From positions 1 through 41,295 of the forward strand of contig CALBVK010000166.1 of assembly GCA_937969345.1 (NCBI GenBank): DNA of 41,295 nt, given 5' to 3'. The notes beneath the pieces were generated by a model. That model was not told the DNA's origin and did no database searches. It worked only from the letters and a program-made list of their open reading frames with translations. Numbering within the stretch: position 1 is the first letter of the stretch; each line of letters opens with the position of its first letter. Position numbers and translations under genes: made by a program. Shown piece after piece: positions 1-8,153 of the stretch. Origin of the DNA: an uncultured Acidimicrobiales bacterium (lineage in GTDB: Bacteria; Actinomycetota; Acidimicrobiia; Acidimicrobiales; SHLQ01).

Positions 1-183
1 GCGGTTCGGATTCGCTTTAGCCCCGACGGTGTCGAAGCCGATGACATCATCATCGGTTCCATCGAAACGATCGATCGGAGCCGTCCAGTCGCTGTCGTGA
101 GCTCGGACAACCGAGTCCGCGATGGCGTTCGAGAACGCGGCGCAAACGTGTTGCACAGCAGGCAACTCACCGCATTGCTGTAG
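1..183 (+). CDS. 3' end of NYN (YacP-like) domain protein, truncated by window edge
   Basis: Frame 1 reads AVRIRFSPDGVEADDIII...PVAVVSSDNRVRDGVRERGANVLHSRQLTALL*, matching the NYN_YacP-type 'ADD...VVSSD...GA' C-terminus. Confidence 0.75.
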   Translation, partial: AVRIRFSPDGVEADDIIIGSIETIDRSRPVAVVSSDNRVRDGVRERGANVLHSRQLTALL

Positions 184-216
184 CGGCATAGACCGTGGTG
201 GATAGGTAGGTAGGGG

Positions 217-1347
217 ATGGCCGAAAGCGAACGAGAGCCGCTCTCTCACCTAGTTGCTCGGGTTGTGACAGGCCTGGTCGTAATCGTTGTAGTCGTTCTG
301 CTCGGATGGGTGGCCTTGACGACGCTTTCGGTCGTAACAGGCTCGGTGGGTGACACAGCCAACGACCCCGAAGTCAACGTCGAGCCGTCAGCTCCCGAAG
401 TTCACGAGTCCACCCCGGAGTCATCGGTGGCAAAGGCTGCGTCCGACCTCGAGACGACGACTTCATTGCCGACTAAATCCGTTCGTGAGGAGCTGGTCGC
501 AGATGCCGTCGACTCGGAACCGCCGCCAATCAACTTCGGAGCGTTGCCGACGCCGGTGATTCAGGACTCGATTGGAGACAAGAGCACATCGCGCGTGCGC
601 GAGATAACCGTGGTCCTCGGTCCTGGCGAAGACGATGTGCTCGTTGCTGTAGACAACGGACAACTGCCCGTAGACACCAGTGGTAGCGGCGTCGCGGTTC
701 GAACAGAAACGCTTCTCGAGATGCTCTCCAATCGCGGGTTTGTTGTCGTCGAACGGCCCAGCACTTGCGAGGCAAGCTGTGAGGTCACGTTCTGGGTAAC
801 GGCGGGCGGCGGGTTTCAACAAGGTCATCCGGACGCAGTGCTGATGGTCTATGCGTCGGAGGCCACGGCGAGTACATCGACTGAGCTCGACGCGCTGCCA
901 GCGCTTACCCATCCACCCGATACGTGTCAGATGATCCTTGCTCCGCACCGTGGTGTCGCAGCATTGCCAGACGGGCAATCCCCGGTAGTGAATGAGGCTC
1001 TGGGGCAAGTCAACGTGCCACGTCACCGAAGCATCACGGCGATCGTCACCGAAGGCACGGGTCCGATCACGGTCACCGTCTGGAACAACGGAAAACCAGT
1101 CGAGCCTGATTCGAGCGGTATAGCGGTCCGGACCCGAGAGACGGCGCGCCTGTTCAGCGACCGGTTGCCGATCGTCTTCGAGCGCCCCGACGGCTGCGAA
1201 GCGGGATCGACCTATGAGTTCTGGATAACGCTCGCTCCGCAGTTTGCGGCGACCTACCCTGCGGCAGAATTGCGCCTGTACGCGGAACAAGGGACCGAGT
1301 TCTCCATCGAGCAAATCGAACGGCTCCCTGCGTACTCGTACAGGTAG
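217..1347 (+). CDS. Hypothetical membrane-anchored protein with two copies of an unrecognised domain
   Basis: N-terminal hydrophobic helix, Ser/Thr/Pro/Glu linker, then two related ~105 aa units (G(V/I)AVRT...ERP..C...FW(V/I)T...P.A.L..YA...LPA). Confidence 0.8.
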   Translation: MAESEREPLSHLVARVVTGLVVIVVVVLLGWVALTTLSVVTGSVGDTANDPEVNVEPSAPEVHESTPESSVAKAASDLETTTSLPTKSVREELVADAVDSEPPPINFGALPTPVIQDSIGDKSTSRVREITVVLGPGEDDVLVAVDNGQLPVDTSGSGVAVRTETLLEMLSNRGFVVVERPSTCEASCEVTFWVTAGGGFQQGHPDAVLMVYASEATASTSTELDALPALTHPPDTCQMILAPHRGVAALPDGQSPVVNEALGQVNVPRHRSITAIVTEGTGPITVTVWNNGKPVEPDSSGIAVRTRETARLFSDRLPIVFERPDGCEAGSTYEFWITLAPQFAATYPAAELRLYAEQGTEFSIEQIERLPAYSYR

Positions 1348-1372
1348 CCCGCTCAATAAATCCCGAAATGCG

Positions 1373-1398
1373 GGAACCGGGCCGGTGCTTTGTTCGTA
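1373..1398 (+). promoter_or_regulatory. Candidate ECF sigma-factor promoter
   Basis: GGAAC (1373-1377) N17 CGTA (1395-1398) upstream of the 1443 ORF; resembles the actinobacterial ECF GGAAC-N16/17-CGT consensus. Confidence 0.3.
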
Positions 1399-1442
1399 AC
1401 AACCATGTTCGCCACGTGCGGAATGAACGAACGGAGACCGCA

Positions 1443-2207
1443 ATGACCGAGACGCAGACAGAACCATCGAACCAGACTCCTGAGCCAGTCGCGCCGGAGA
1501 CTTCGGGCGATCAGCTCGGCAATATTTTGATCGGTACGGCGCTTGTTCTCTCGATCATCTTGTTGCTCGGCTTCCGGTGGGCCACAACCAATGGTGAGGA
1601 CGACGACCCCGAGCATCGTGACGCCGAAATCGAGTTCGTGCGGGATCGTGACGCTGAGGTCGAGTTCGCCCGGACGACTTACGTTCCCGAAGAACCGGAC
1701 TGCGAGTACGACGACGACGGTGATGCGGAGAGCCAATTTGCCGACGACCCACCGTGCGAGCCAAACACCGGCGGGCTGTTTCCCGACGAAGCCCCACGAG
1801 ACCGCGTGGTGGACGGCGTGATCGATTTCGACCGGTACGAGCGGCCAACGCTTCGAGCTGACCTCGCCGATCGCGCAAGCTCACGGCTACGCGAGGTCGA
1901 AATATCGCTTGGTCCCGGCAGGTCCGACGTGTCCATTGCAGTGCGCAACGATCGAGAAATCGACCAGTACGGCGACGGGATTGCCATTCGGACCGAGAAC
2001 GATGCGAGGTTGCTCAGCAGCACCCGATTCGTGGTCATCGAACGTCCCGATAATTGCCGAGACGGCTGTGACTTTCGCGTGTGGCTCACGATGGGTCGCA
2101 ACTTTCACGACCGTCACCCTGAAGCCGAGATCATGATCTATGCAGGCGACGATGCCGACGCTTGGATCGACGAGATCGACGAACTCCCAAACCGCGTCTA
2201 CCGGTAG
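1443..2207 (+). CDS. Hypothetical membrane-anchored protein, paralog of 217-1347 (one domain copy)
   Basis: ATG 1443 with GGAG SD; single TM helix, acidic linker, C-terminal domain aligning to both units of the upstream ORF. Confidence 0.8.
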   Translation: MTETQTEPSNQTPEPVAPETSGDQLGNILIGTALVLSIILLLGFRWATTNGEDDDPEHRDAEIEFVRDRDAEVEFARTTYVPEEPDCEYDDDGDAESQFADDPPCEPNTGGLFPDEAPRDRVVDGVIDFDRYERPTLRADLADRASSRLREVEISLGPGRSDVSIAVRNDREIDQYGDGIAIRTENDARLLSSTRFVVIERPDNCRDGCDFRVWLTMGRNFHDRHPEAEIMIYAGDDADAWIDEIDELPNRVYR

Positions 2208-2244
2208 CCGCTAGGCGAGCGAACGGCCCAGTTAGATAATTCAA

Positions 2245-2266
2245 TGTCACACCTCGTCTCTAGTGT
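2245..2266 (+). promoter_or_regulatory. PafBC / RecA-NDp-like DNA-damage promoter motif
   Basis: TGTCAC-N10-TAGTGT, 7 nt before ATG 2274; known consensus is TGTCRG-N10-TANNNT. Confidence 0.5.
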
Positions 2267-2273
2267 TTGGGAC

Positions 2274-2477
2274 ATGAGCAACAACGACTCGATGACCATC
2301 GATTGCGACACGTGCGTCATGCAATCAACCCCAGCCTGCGACGATTGTGTTGTCACATACCTTTGCGGCGAGCGAGAAGTCGAACAGGCGGTCGTGATCA
2401 GCATGGCCGACTTCAAGGCCATGCGGGCACTTGCCGAAGTAGGACTGGTGCCTGACCTAAAGCACGAGGTTCGCTGA
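2274..2477 (+). CDS. Small Cys-rich protein (CxxC-x7-CxxC), putative metal-binding
   Basis: MSNNDSMTIDCDTCVMQSTPACDDCVVTYLC...; resembles a small conserved actinobacterial hypothetical; leaderless-type start. Confidence 0.75.
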   Translation: MSNNDSMTIDCDTCVMQSTPACDDCVVTYLCGEREVEQAVVISMADFKAMRALAEVGLVPDLKHEVR

Positions 2478-2521
2478 CCACCGGTAGAGCCAAACGGCCC
2501 CGGCGGCTCTAGATTTGGGCC

Positions 2522-3631
2522 ATGGGAGCCGGGGTTCTGCACGATGAGCTGACGACTCTTGCCGCCGCTCACAAGATCGACAAAGTGGGTGTTTGCTCGG
2601 CTGACGTGTTCACCGACGTGCGGGCGGCGCTTCATGAGCGCAAGGCGGCGGGTCTGAGCGCCGACATGCAATTCACGTATCGCAACCCCGACCGCGCCAC
2701 CGACCCGCGGCGTTCGCTCAGCGACGCCGAGACGATTGTCGTTTGCGCCCGCTCGTATCGCCGCACCGCGCCGGAGACCCAAACGGCGCCCACGGGAACC
2801 GCCGCCATTGCTGAATACGTGTGGGAACCGCACTATGGGGAACTCCGGATCGGTCTCGACGCAATAGCCCAACATCTGCGAAAGGCCGGATGGTCGAGCC
2901 GAGTGCTGATGGACGACAACGCGCTCGTCGACCGAGCCGCTGCCTATCGGGCCGGCATTGGATGGTGGGGCAAGAACTCCAACATCCTGGTACCGGGAAT
3001 CGGTAGCAAGTTCGTACTCGGTTCGGTCGTCACGAACGCACCCCTCGACGTTGTGGACGAACCGCTCGAGGATCAATGCGGACCGTGCCGACGTTGCATC
3101 GACGCATGTCCCACCGACGCCATCGTCGCCGACGGCGTCATCGACTCGAACCGGTGCCTCGCATGGCTCGTGCAGTCGGCGGGAGTGTTCCCGCACGAGT
3201 TTCGCGTCGCGTTGGGGGATCGAATTTATGGTTGTGATGACTGCCAGACGTCATGTCCCCCGAACGTGCTGTCCGATCGGCGCGATGCACCCGACACAAC
3301 CACCGGCATCACGACAGCGGCAGTGCGTGACCTGCTGACCTTGGACGACGACGCGCTGCTCGACAGATTTGGTGCCTGGTACATCCCACGCCGCGAGCCG
3401 CGATATCTCCGCCGTAATGCGCTGATCGTGCTCGCCAATACCGCCGACCCGGCCTCGCCGGACGTTCGAGAGCTGATCGAACGCTACGTCGGAAGTGTCG
3501 ACGAGATCGAGAAGGCTCATGCGATTTGGGCGGCTGATCGGTTGGGCTACGACGACCTCGTGGCCGGCTGTGACGCAGGCGGTAGCGAGATTGTCCAGAG
3601 CGAGCTCGCGCTCATCGGCGGTCTCCCATGA
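2522..3631 (+). CDS. queG: tRNA epoxyqueuosine(34) reductase QueG
   Basis: AGIGWWGKN, CGPCRRCIDACPT and GCDDCQTSCP Fe-S motifs, C-terminal LRRNALIVLAN HEAT-like segment. Confidence 0.93.
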   Translation: MGAGVLHDELTTLAAAHKIDKVGVCSADVFTDVRAALHERKAAGLSADMQFTYRNPDRATDPRRSLSDAETIVVCARSYRRTAPETQTAPTGTAAIAEYVWEPHYGELRIGLDAIAQHLRKAGWSSRVLMDDNALVDRAAAYRAGIGWWGKNSNILVPGIGSKFVLGSVVTNAPLDVVDEPLEDQCGPCRRCIDACPTDAIVADGVIDSNRCLAWLVQSAGVFPHEFRVALGDRIYGCDDCQTSCPPNVLSDRRDAPDTTTGITTAAVRDLLTLDDDALLDRFGAWYIPRREPRYLRRNALIVLANTADPASPDVRELIERYVGSVDEIEKAHAIWAADRLGYDDLVAGCDAGGSEIVQSELALIGGLP

Positions 3632-4782
3632 CCGGGAAACACTTGCTCGTCACGAACGATTTCCCGCCAAAGGTTGGCGGAATTCAGCAGTACTTGTGGG
3701 AGCTGTGGAAACGGCTTGACCCGCAGACGTTCGAGGTGCACACGACGCCGTACGCCAAAGAAACCGCGTTCGGTTCCGCTGAGTCGTTCGACGCTGCCGC
3801 CGAATACACGATCCACCGCTCCCAAGAGCCATTCCTTCTCCCGTACCCCTGGCTTGCGACGCGGCTCAACCGTGCCGCCGAGGCGTTCGGGGCATCAATG
3901 CACGTCATCGACCCGGCGGTTCCACTCGGAATGATCGGACCGTCACTCGATCGTCCCTACGTTGCTGTTCTTCACGGCGCCGAAGTGACGGTTCCTGGCC
4001 GCCTACCGGGCAGTCGTCAGGCGCTCGCCAGAGTTCTCGACAACGCAACGGCGGTGATCTCCGCTGGCGAGTACGCCCTCAGCGAAGCTGAACGGGCCGT
4101 TGGTCGGGACTTACACAACATCGTGATCCCTCCAGGCGTGGACACCGACCGGTACGCCCCAATCTCCACACAGCGCACAACGCAGATCCGAGCCAAGTAT
4201 GGGGTTGGTCCGGACGTTCCCTTTATCTTTAGCGTGTCGCGGCTCGTGCCGCGGAAGGGCATGGACACGCTCGTCGCGGTGGCGTCGATGCTCCGAGCCA
4301 CGCACCCCGACGTGCAGGTGCTGATCGCTGGCGGCGGCCGAGACGAGTCTCGTTTGCAGCGGCGAATCGATCGGTTGGGCGCCCCGGTGCGGCTATTGGG
4401 CAAGATCGACGAGCAAGACAAGATCGACCTCCTCGGCGCTGCCGATATCTCGGCGATGTTGTGCCGCAACCGTTGGGGCGGACTCGAACAAGAGGGTTTT
4501 GGCATCGTCTTTATCGAGGCTGCCGCTGCTGGCACGCCGCAGATCGCTGGCCAGTCCGGGGGAGCCGACGAAGCTGTGCTCGATGGGGTGACTGGTCGGG
4601 TCGTTCCGGCGGATGCGTCGGTGACCGACACGACGAAGATCTTCTCCGAAATGCTTGACGATCACCATGGCCGGGTACGCATGGGAGCGGCTGCGCGCGA
4701 GCGCGCTGTCGAACACTTTTCATACGACGTGCTGGCGGCGCGTTTGGGGGAGGCACTTGCAGAATGGACGGGGGGAACATGA
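3628..4782 (+). CDS. Glycosyltransferase family 4 (PimB'-like mannosyltransferase)
   Basis: LLVTNDFPPKVGGIQ, SRLVPRKG and EGFGIVFIEAAAAG motifs. Confidence 0.9.
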   Translation: MTGKHLLVTNDFPPKVGGIQQYLWELWKRLDPQTFEVHTTPYAKETAFGSAESFDAAAEYTIHRSQEPFLLPYPWLATRLNRAAEAFGASMHVIDPAVPLGMIGPSLDRPYVAVLHGAEVTVPGRLPGSRQALARVLDNATAVISAGEYALSEAERAVGRDLHNIVIPPGVDTDRYAPISTQRTTQIRAKYGVGPDVPFIFSVSRLVPRKGMDTLVAVASMLRATHPDVQVLIAGGGRDESRLQRRIDRLGAPVRLLGKIDEQDKIDLLGAADISAMLCRNRWGGLEQEGFGIVFIEAAAAGTPQIAGQSGGADEAVLDGVTGRVVPADASVTDTTKIFSEMLDDHHGRVRMGAAARERAVEHFSYDVLAARLGEALAEWTGGT

Positions 4783-4805
4783 GCACCGGTGAGGAGCAGC
4801 GATGA
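4779..4805 (+). other. 8-codon bridge micro-ORF (MSTGEEQR*)
   Basis: ATG overlaps GT4 stop (ATGA 4779-4782); TGA overlaps next start (ATGA 4802-4805). Confidence 0.3.
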
Positions 4806-5287
4806 GTGCGTCGGACAAAAGTCCAAGGGTGCCAAAGGCATCGGTGATGGGCGACCCAGATAGCGCTGCAGCGAAACGCATGCTCACGCTCAGCCTGCAA
4901 CTGACCGTCGTATTTGGCGTGTTGTCGCTCCTGACCTACCTGCTGGCCGAAGGACTCGACACGATCTTCGCCGTTGCATGTTCGGTCCTGTTCGCCATCG
5001 GAACCTTGTTGCTCGCTCTCGGGTTTTGGAATGGGATCCAGCGGAGTCGGATCGACGAGGTGACGCTCACCGGTTTGGTCGCCGTCGACTCCAGTCACGT
5101 GCCCTCGCGGGCACGAAACATGCTGTGGGGAGCGATTGTTCTTCAGCTTGTCATCGGCATCCTCTTTGGTTCCTTGCGTCCGTTCACCCAGCAAGCGTTC
5201 GGACTGCTGGTGCCCACACTCGGGCTCGGATTCGCGGCGCTATGGGGGTCCCGATTCGCGGCGTTTCACGAACGTGACGAACGCTAG
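4802..5287 (+). CDS. Hypothetical integral membrane protein (~4 TM)
   Basis: GAGGAG SD; four hydrophobic segments. Confidence 0.75.
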   Translation: MSASDKSPRVPKASVMGDPDSAAAKRMLTLSLQLTVVFGVLSLLTYLLAEGLDTIFAVACSVLFAIGTLLLALGFWNGIQRSRIDEVTLTGLVAVDSSHVPSRARNMLWGAIVLQLVIGILFGSLRPFTQQAFGLLVPTLGLGFAALWGSRFAAFHERDER

Positions 5288-5410
5288 TTAGACACTGAGT
5301 GGTCGTTACACCACATCGCGCCAACAAGATGGAGTTTTGCCGAGCCCGTGGGCGGGTTTGGGCCCCGGAGTCGGCTACTCTGCGAGTGCTGTCGACACCT
5401 AGGGAGCACA

Positions 5411-5860
5411 ATGTCTGATCATGCAGCTGAGCGCACAGAAATCGATGCATCACCTGAGGCTTGCTTTGCCGTAGCGATCGACTTTCCGAGCTACACCGAG
5501 TGGGCGAGCGACATCAAAGAAGTTGAGGTCGTTGCCCACGATGACACCGGGCGTGGTGGCGATGTTGCGTACCGAGTGGCCGCTATGGGCCGCTCGACCA
5601 GCTACACCCTTCGCTACAGCTACGGCTCGAACCCATTGCGGATGTCGTGGCGCCTTATCGAAGGCGACGTCATGGAGCGCATTGACGGCGAATACGAGTT
5701 TGTACCGATCGGCGACGGATCGCGATGCGAAGTGCGTTACTACGTTTCCATCGACATGCTCGTCCCATTGCCGGGCTTCGTGAAACGTCGTGCCGAAGCC
5801 AAGATTCTTCACACCGCAATGGACGATCTGAAGAAGCGAGTCGAGTCGGCCGCAGGGTGA
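5411..5860 (+). CDS. SRPBCC / polyketide cyclase family protein
   Basis: ATG 5411 after GGGAG; IDASPEACFAVAIDFPSYTEW and PLPGFVKRRAE motifs. Confidence 0.88.
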   Translation: MSDHAAERTEIDASPEACFAVAIDFPSYTEWASDIKEVEVVAHDDTGRGGDVAYRVAAMGRSTSYTLRYSYGSNPLRMSWRLIEGDVMERIDGEYEFVPIGDGSRCEVRYYVSIDMLVPLPGFVKRRAEAKILHTAMDDLKKRVESAAG

Positions 5861-7197
5861 GTCCTGTGGATCTGGACCGCGTCCAGGAGGCACGTCGTCG
5901 CCTAGAGACCGCAGATGCGACCACGCGCAATTCTGACGCGTCGATCCGGATCGTCGAACTTCATTCGCCTCGCGTTGGCGAGGCGCCACTCGAACTCGAT
6001 CGCGGGTTCTGCGTCCTGGCCAGTATGTCTGGCCCAGCACGTCAGGCGCTTGCTGCGACGATCGACGCCGTACGTACGAACAACGAACATATTGGCCTGG
6101 CCGGCGTCGTGGAATCGTATGGCCGCCGCAGTCGCATGCATCAACAGCGAGTCGAGCCCAAGACGGCTCCGGGAACCTCTCTGGTTCCGACGTTGTCCAT
6201 CTTTGGACGATCGGCGCACACCGAAGAGATCGAGCAATTGCACGAGGTCATCGAGACCATCGACCGAGCGGTTTTGCTGTCCAGTGCCGAACTTCGTGGC
6301 GCAGACGCAGCTGCAGCGGCGCTCGACGCCGAACTCGCTATCGGAGGATCGACCGCGGGGGTTCGGGCAAGCACAGATATCGAGCTGTACTCGCCGACGA
6401 ATCCGTTGACCGACGACCAACAGGTCTTGGCCGCCCTCGATAGCGTCGCTCTGCCAGTCGAACAGGTCGACCTGATTCGCAAAGCGGTCGCTGCGCTCCG
6501 GGCGGACACCCAACGCACGCGCTTGCAGGCTGCGTGCAGCCAAGCAGCCGCGGCTCGCTCACAGGTGCAACCAACCGATGGCCAACAGGTCAACATGATG
6601 GCTGAGCTCGCGGTCGCTGAGGCCGACGGAACACTCGCCGAATACGACATGGAGCCCGGGTCGTCGGCCGAAACGCTTACGAGACAGCTCGCGGAGATCG
6701 GCATCGACGCAACGGCCTTCACCGCCCCCGAAATCGCCGATCGCATCATCGGCGAGAGCGAAGAGCTCGAGTCCATCCGAGCCCGTCTGATCACCTCGAT
6801 CGAGTCCGTCGCCAACTCGCCCGAGGTGGAGCGCCTCACAACCGAACGGCGTGACGTGGAACGTCAGCGGCTACGAATTACGCGCCGACTGCGCAGCCAA
6901 CAACAGTTGCTCGCCGTTGCTCGAGACGAGTCCACGCGGCTCGGCTTCGATCAGCACACACTCGACCTACGCGACGCAGCCGAACGACCAACGCCGATTC
7001 TGATCGAAGATCCACTCGACGATTTGCCAGCACGCCTGAGCGGCGCAATTCTGTCGACCTTGTTGCGCCACAGCGCACAAACCCAGGTCATCTGTGTCTC
7101 GGACCAGCTCGACCTTCGCCAATGGTGTAATTCGGTGGGGGATCGCGCAGGCTGGGTGCAGGCATCTGGCTGGTTTGCTGGGAGGAATGAATGCTGA
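5857..7197 (+). CDS. Hypothetical coiled-coil protein with degenerate SMC/Rad50/YhaN-like head motifs
   Basis: GTG 5857 overlaps upstream stop (GTGA); helical middle; C-terminal PILIEDPLDDL...QVICVSD resembles the Walker B to H-loop region. Confidence 0.65.
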   Translation: MSPVDLDRVQEARRRLETADATTRNSDASIRIVELHSPRVGEAPLELDRGFCVLASMSGPARQALAATIDAVRTNNEHIGLAGVVESYGRRSRMHQQRVEPKTAPGTSLVPTLSIFGRSAHTEEIEQLHEVIETIDRAVLLSSAELRGADAAAAALDAELAIGGSTAGVRASTDIELYSPTNPLTDDQQVLAALDSVALPVEQVDLIRKAVAALRADTQRTRLQAACSQAAAARSQVQPTDGQQVNMMAELAVAEADGTLAEYDMEPGSSAETLTRQLAEIGIDATAFTAPEIADRIIGESEELESIRARLITSIESVANSPEVERLTTERRDVERQRLRITRRLRSQQQLLAVARDESTRLGFDQHTLDLRDAAERPTPILIEDPLDDLPARLSGAILSTLLRHSAQTQVICVSDQLDLRQWCNSVGDRAGWVQASGWFAGRNEC

Positions 7198-8135
7198 CCA
7201 TTGGTTTTGACGTAGGCGGCACAAACGTACGTGGTGTCGTGCTTCGTCCTGGCAGCACCGAACCGCTCGCTATCCGCCGGGCGCGTACCCGTCCAGACGG
7301 TGATGTTTTGGTCGACACGATCGTCGATGTCACGAACGGTCTGATCGACGACATCGGTGAGCCGGTCGACGCCGTGGGTCTTGGCATGGCAGCGCTCATG
7401 GATTCTGAAGGCACGCTTCGCTATGCACCAAATATTCCTGGCGTGGTCAATTACCCGCTCGTCCCAAAGGTCGTTGAACGCCTTGGATTGCCCGTTGTAG
7501 CCGAGAACGACGCCACCGCCGCAACATGGGCCGAAGCCAAGTACGGCGCAGGTGTTGGCTATGACCACATGGCGTTTGTTGCGCTCGGAACCGGTATCGG
7601 AACCGGCTTTGTACTTGACGGCAAACTGCATCGTGGCGCCCACGGCTATGCCGGTGAGGCCGGCCACATCACCATCCAGCGCGATGGCCCCCAGCACATC
7701 ACCGGTGCGAGCGGCCCTTGGGAGTACTACGCATCGGGCAACGGCCTCGGTATTCTGGCCCGCCGATGGGCCGCTGAGGGCCGTGTCGATGCGCTCGTCG
7801 AGCGCGCAGGTTCGGTCGCCGCTATTCGTGGAGAGCACGTCAATGAGCTCTTAAACGAGGGCGAACCCGGCATCGAGGCGCTCATTGCTCGTTTCGCCCG
7901 TGACGTCGCTGTGGGTATGGCCGACCTCGTGTATGTCCTCGACCCCGAGATCATCGTTCTCGGCGGGGGACTTGTCGACCTCGGCGAGTGCCTCCGTAAG
8001 AACATCGAGGACAGCCTCGCTGAGCGAATCTTAGGCGCGGCATACCGACCGCGAGTTCCGGTCGTTACCGCAAAGCTCGGCTCGTATGCCGGAGCAATTG
8101 GTTCGGCCGCACTCGCCGCTGAGCTCGTCTCCTAG
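7191..8135 (+). CDS. ROK family sugar kinase (glucokinase-like)
   Basis: GFDVGGTN, ENDATAATWAE, LGTGIG and AGEAGH motifs. Confidence 0.9.
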   Translation: MLTIGFDVGGTNVRGVVLRPGSTEPLAIRRARTRPDGDVLVDTIVDVTNGLIDDIGEPVDAVGLGMAALMDSEGTLRYAPNIPGVVNYPLVPKVVERLGLPVVAENDATAATWAEAKYGAGVGYDHMAFVALGTGIGTGFVLDGKLHRGAHGYAGEAGHITIQRDGPQHITGASGPWEYYASGNGLGILARRWAAEGRVDALVERAGSVAAIRGEHVNELLNEGEPGIEALIARFARDVAVGMADLVYVLDPEIIVLGGGLVDLGECLRKNIEDSLAERILGAAYRPRVPVVTAKLGSYAGAIGSAALAAELVS

Positions 8136-8153
8136 GCGTCGACAACAGTGGGG

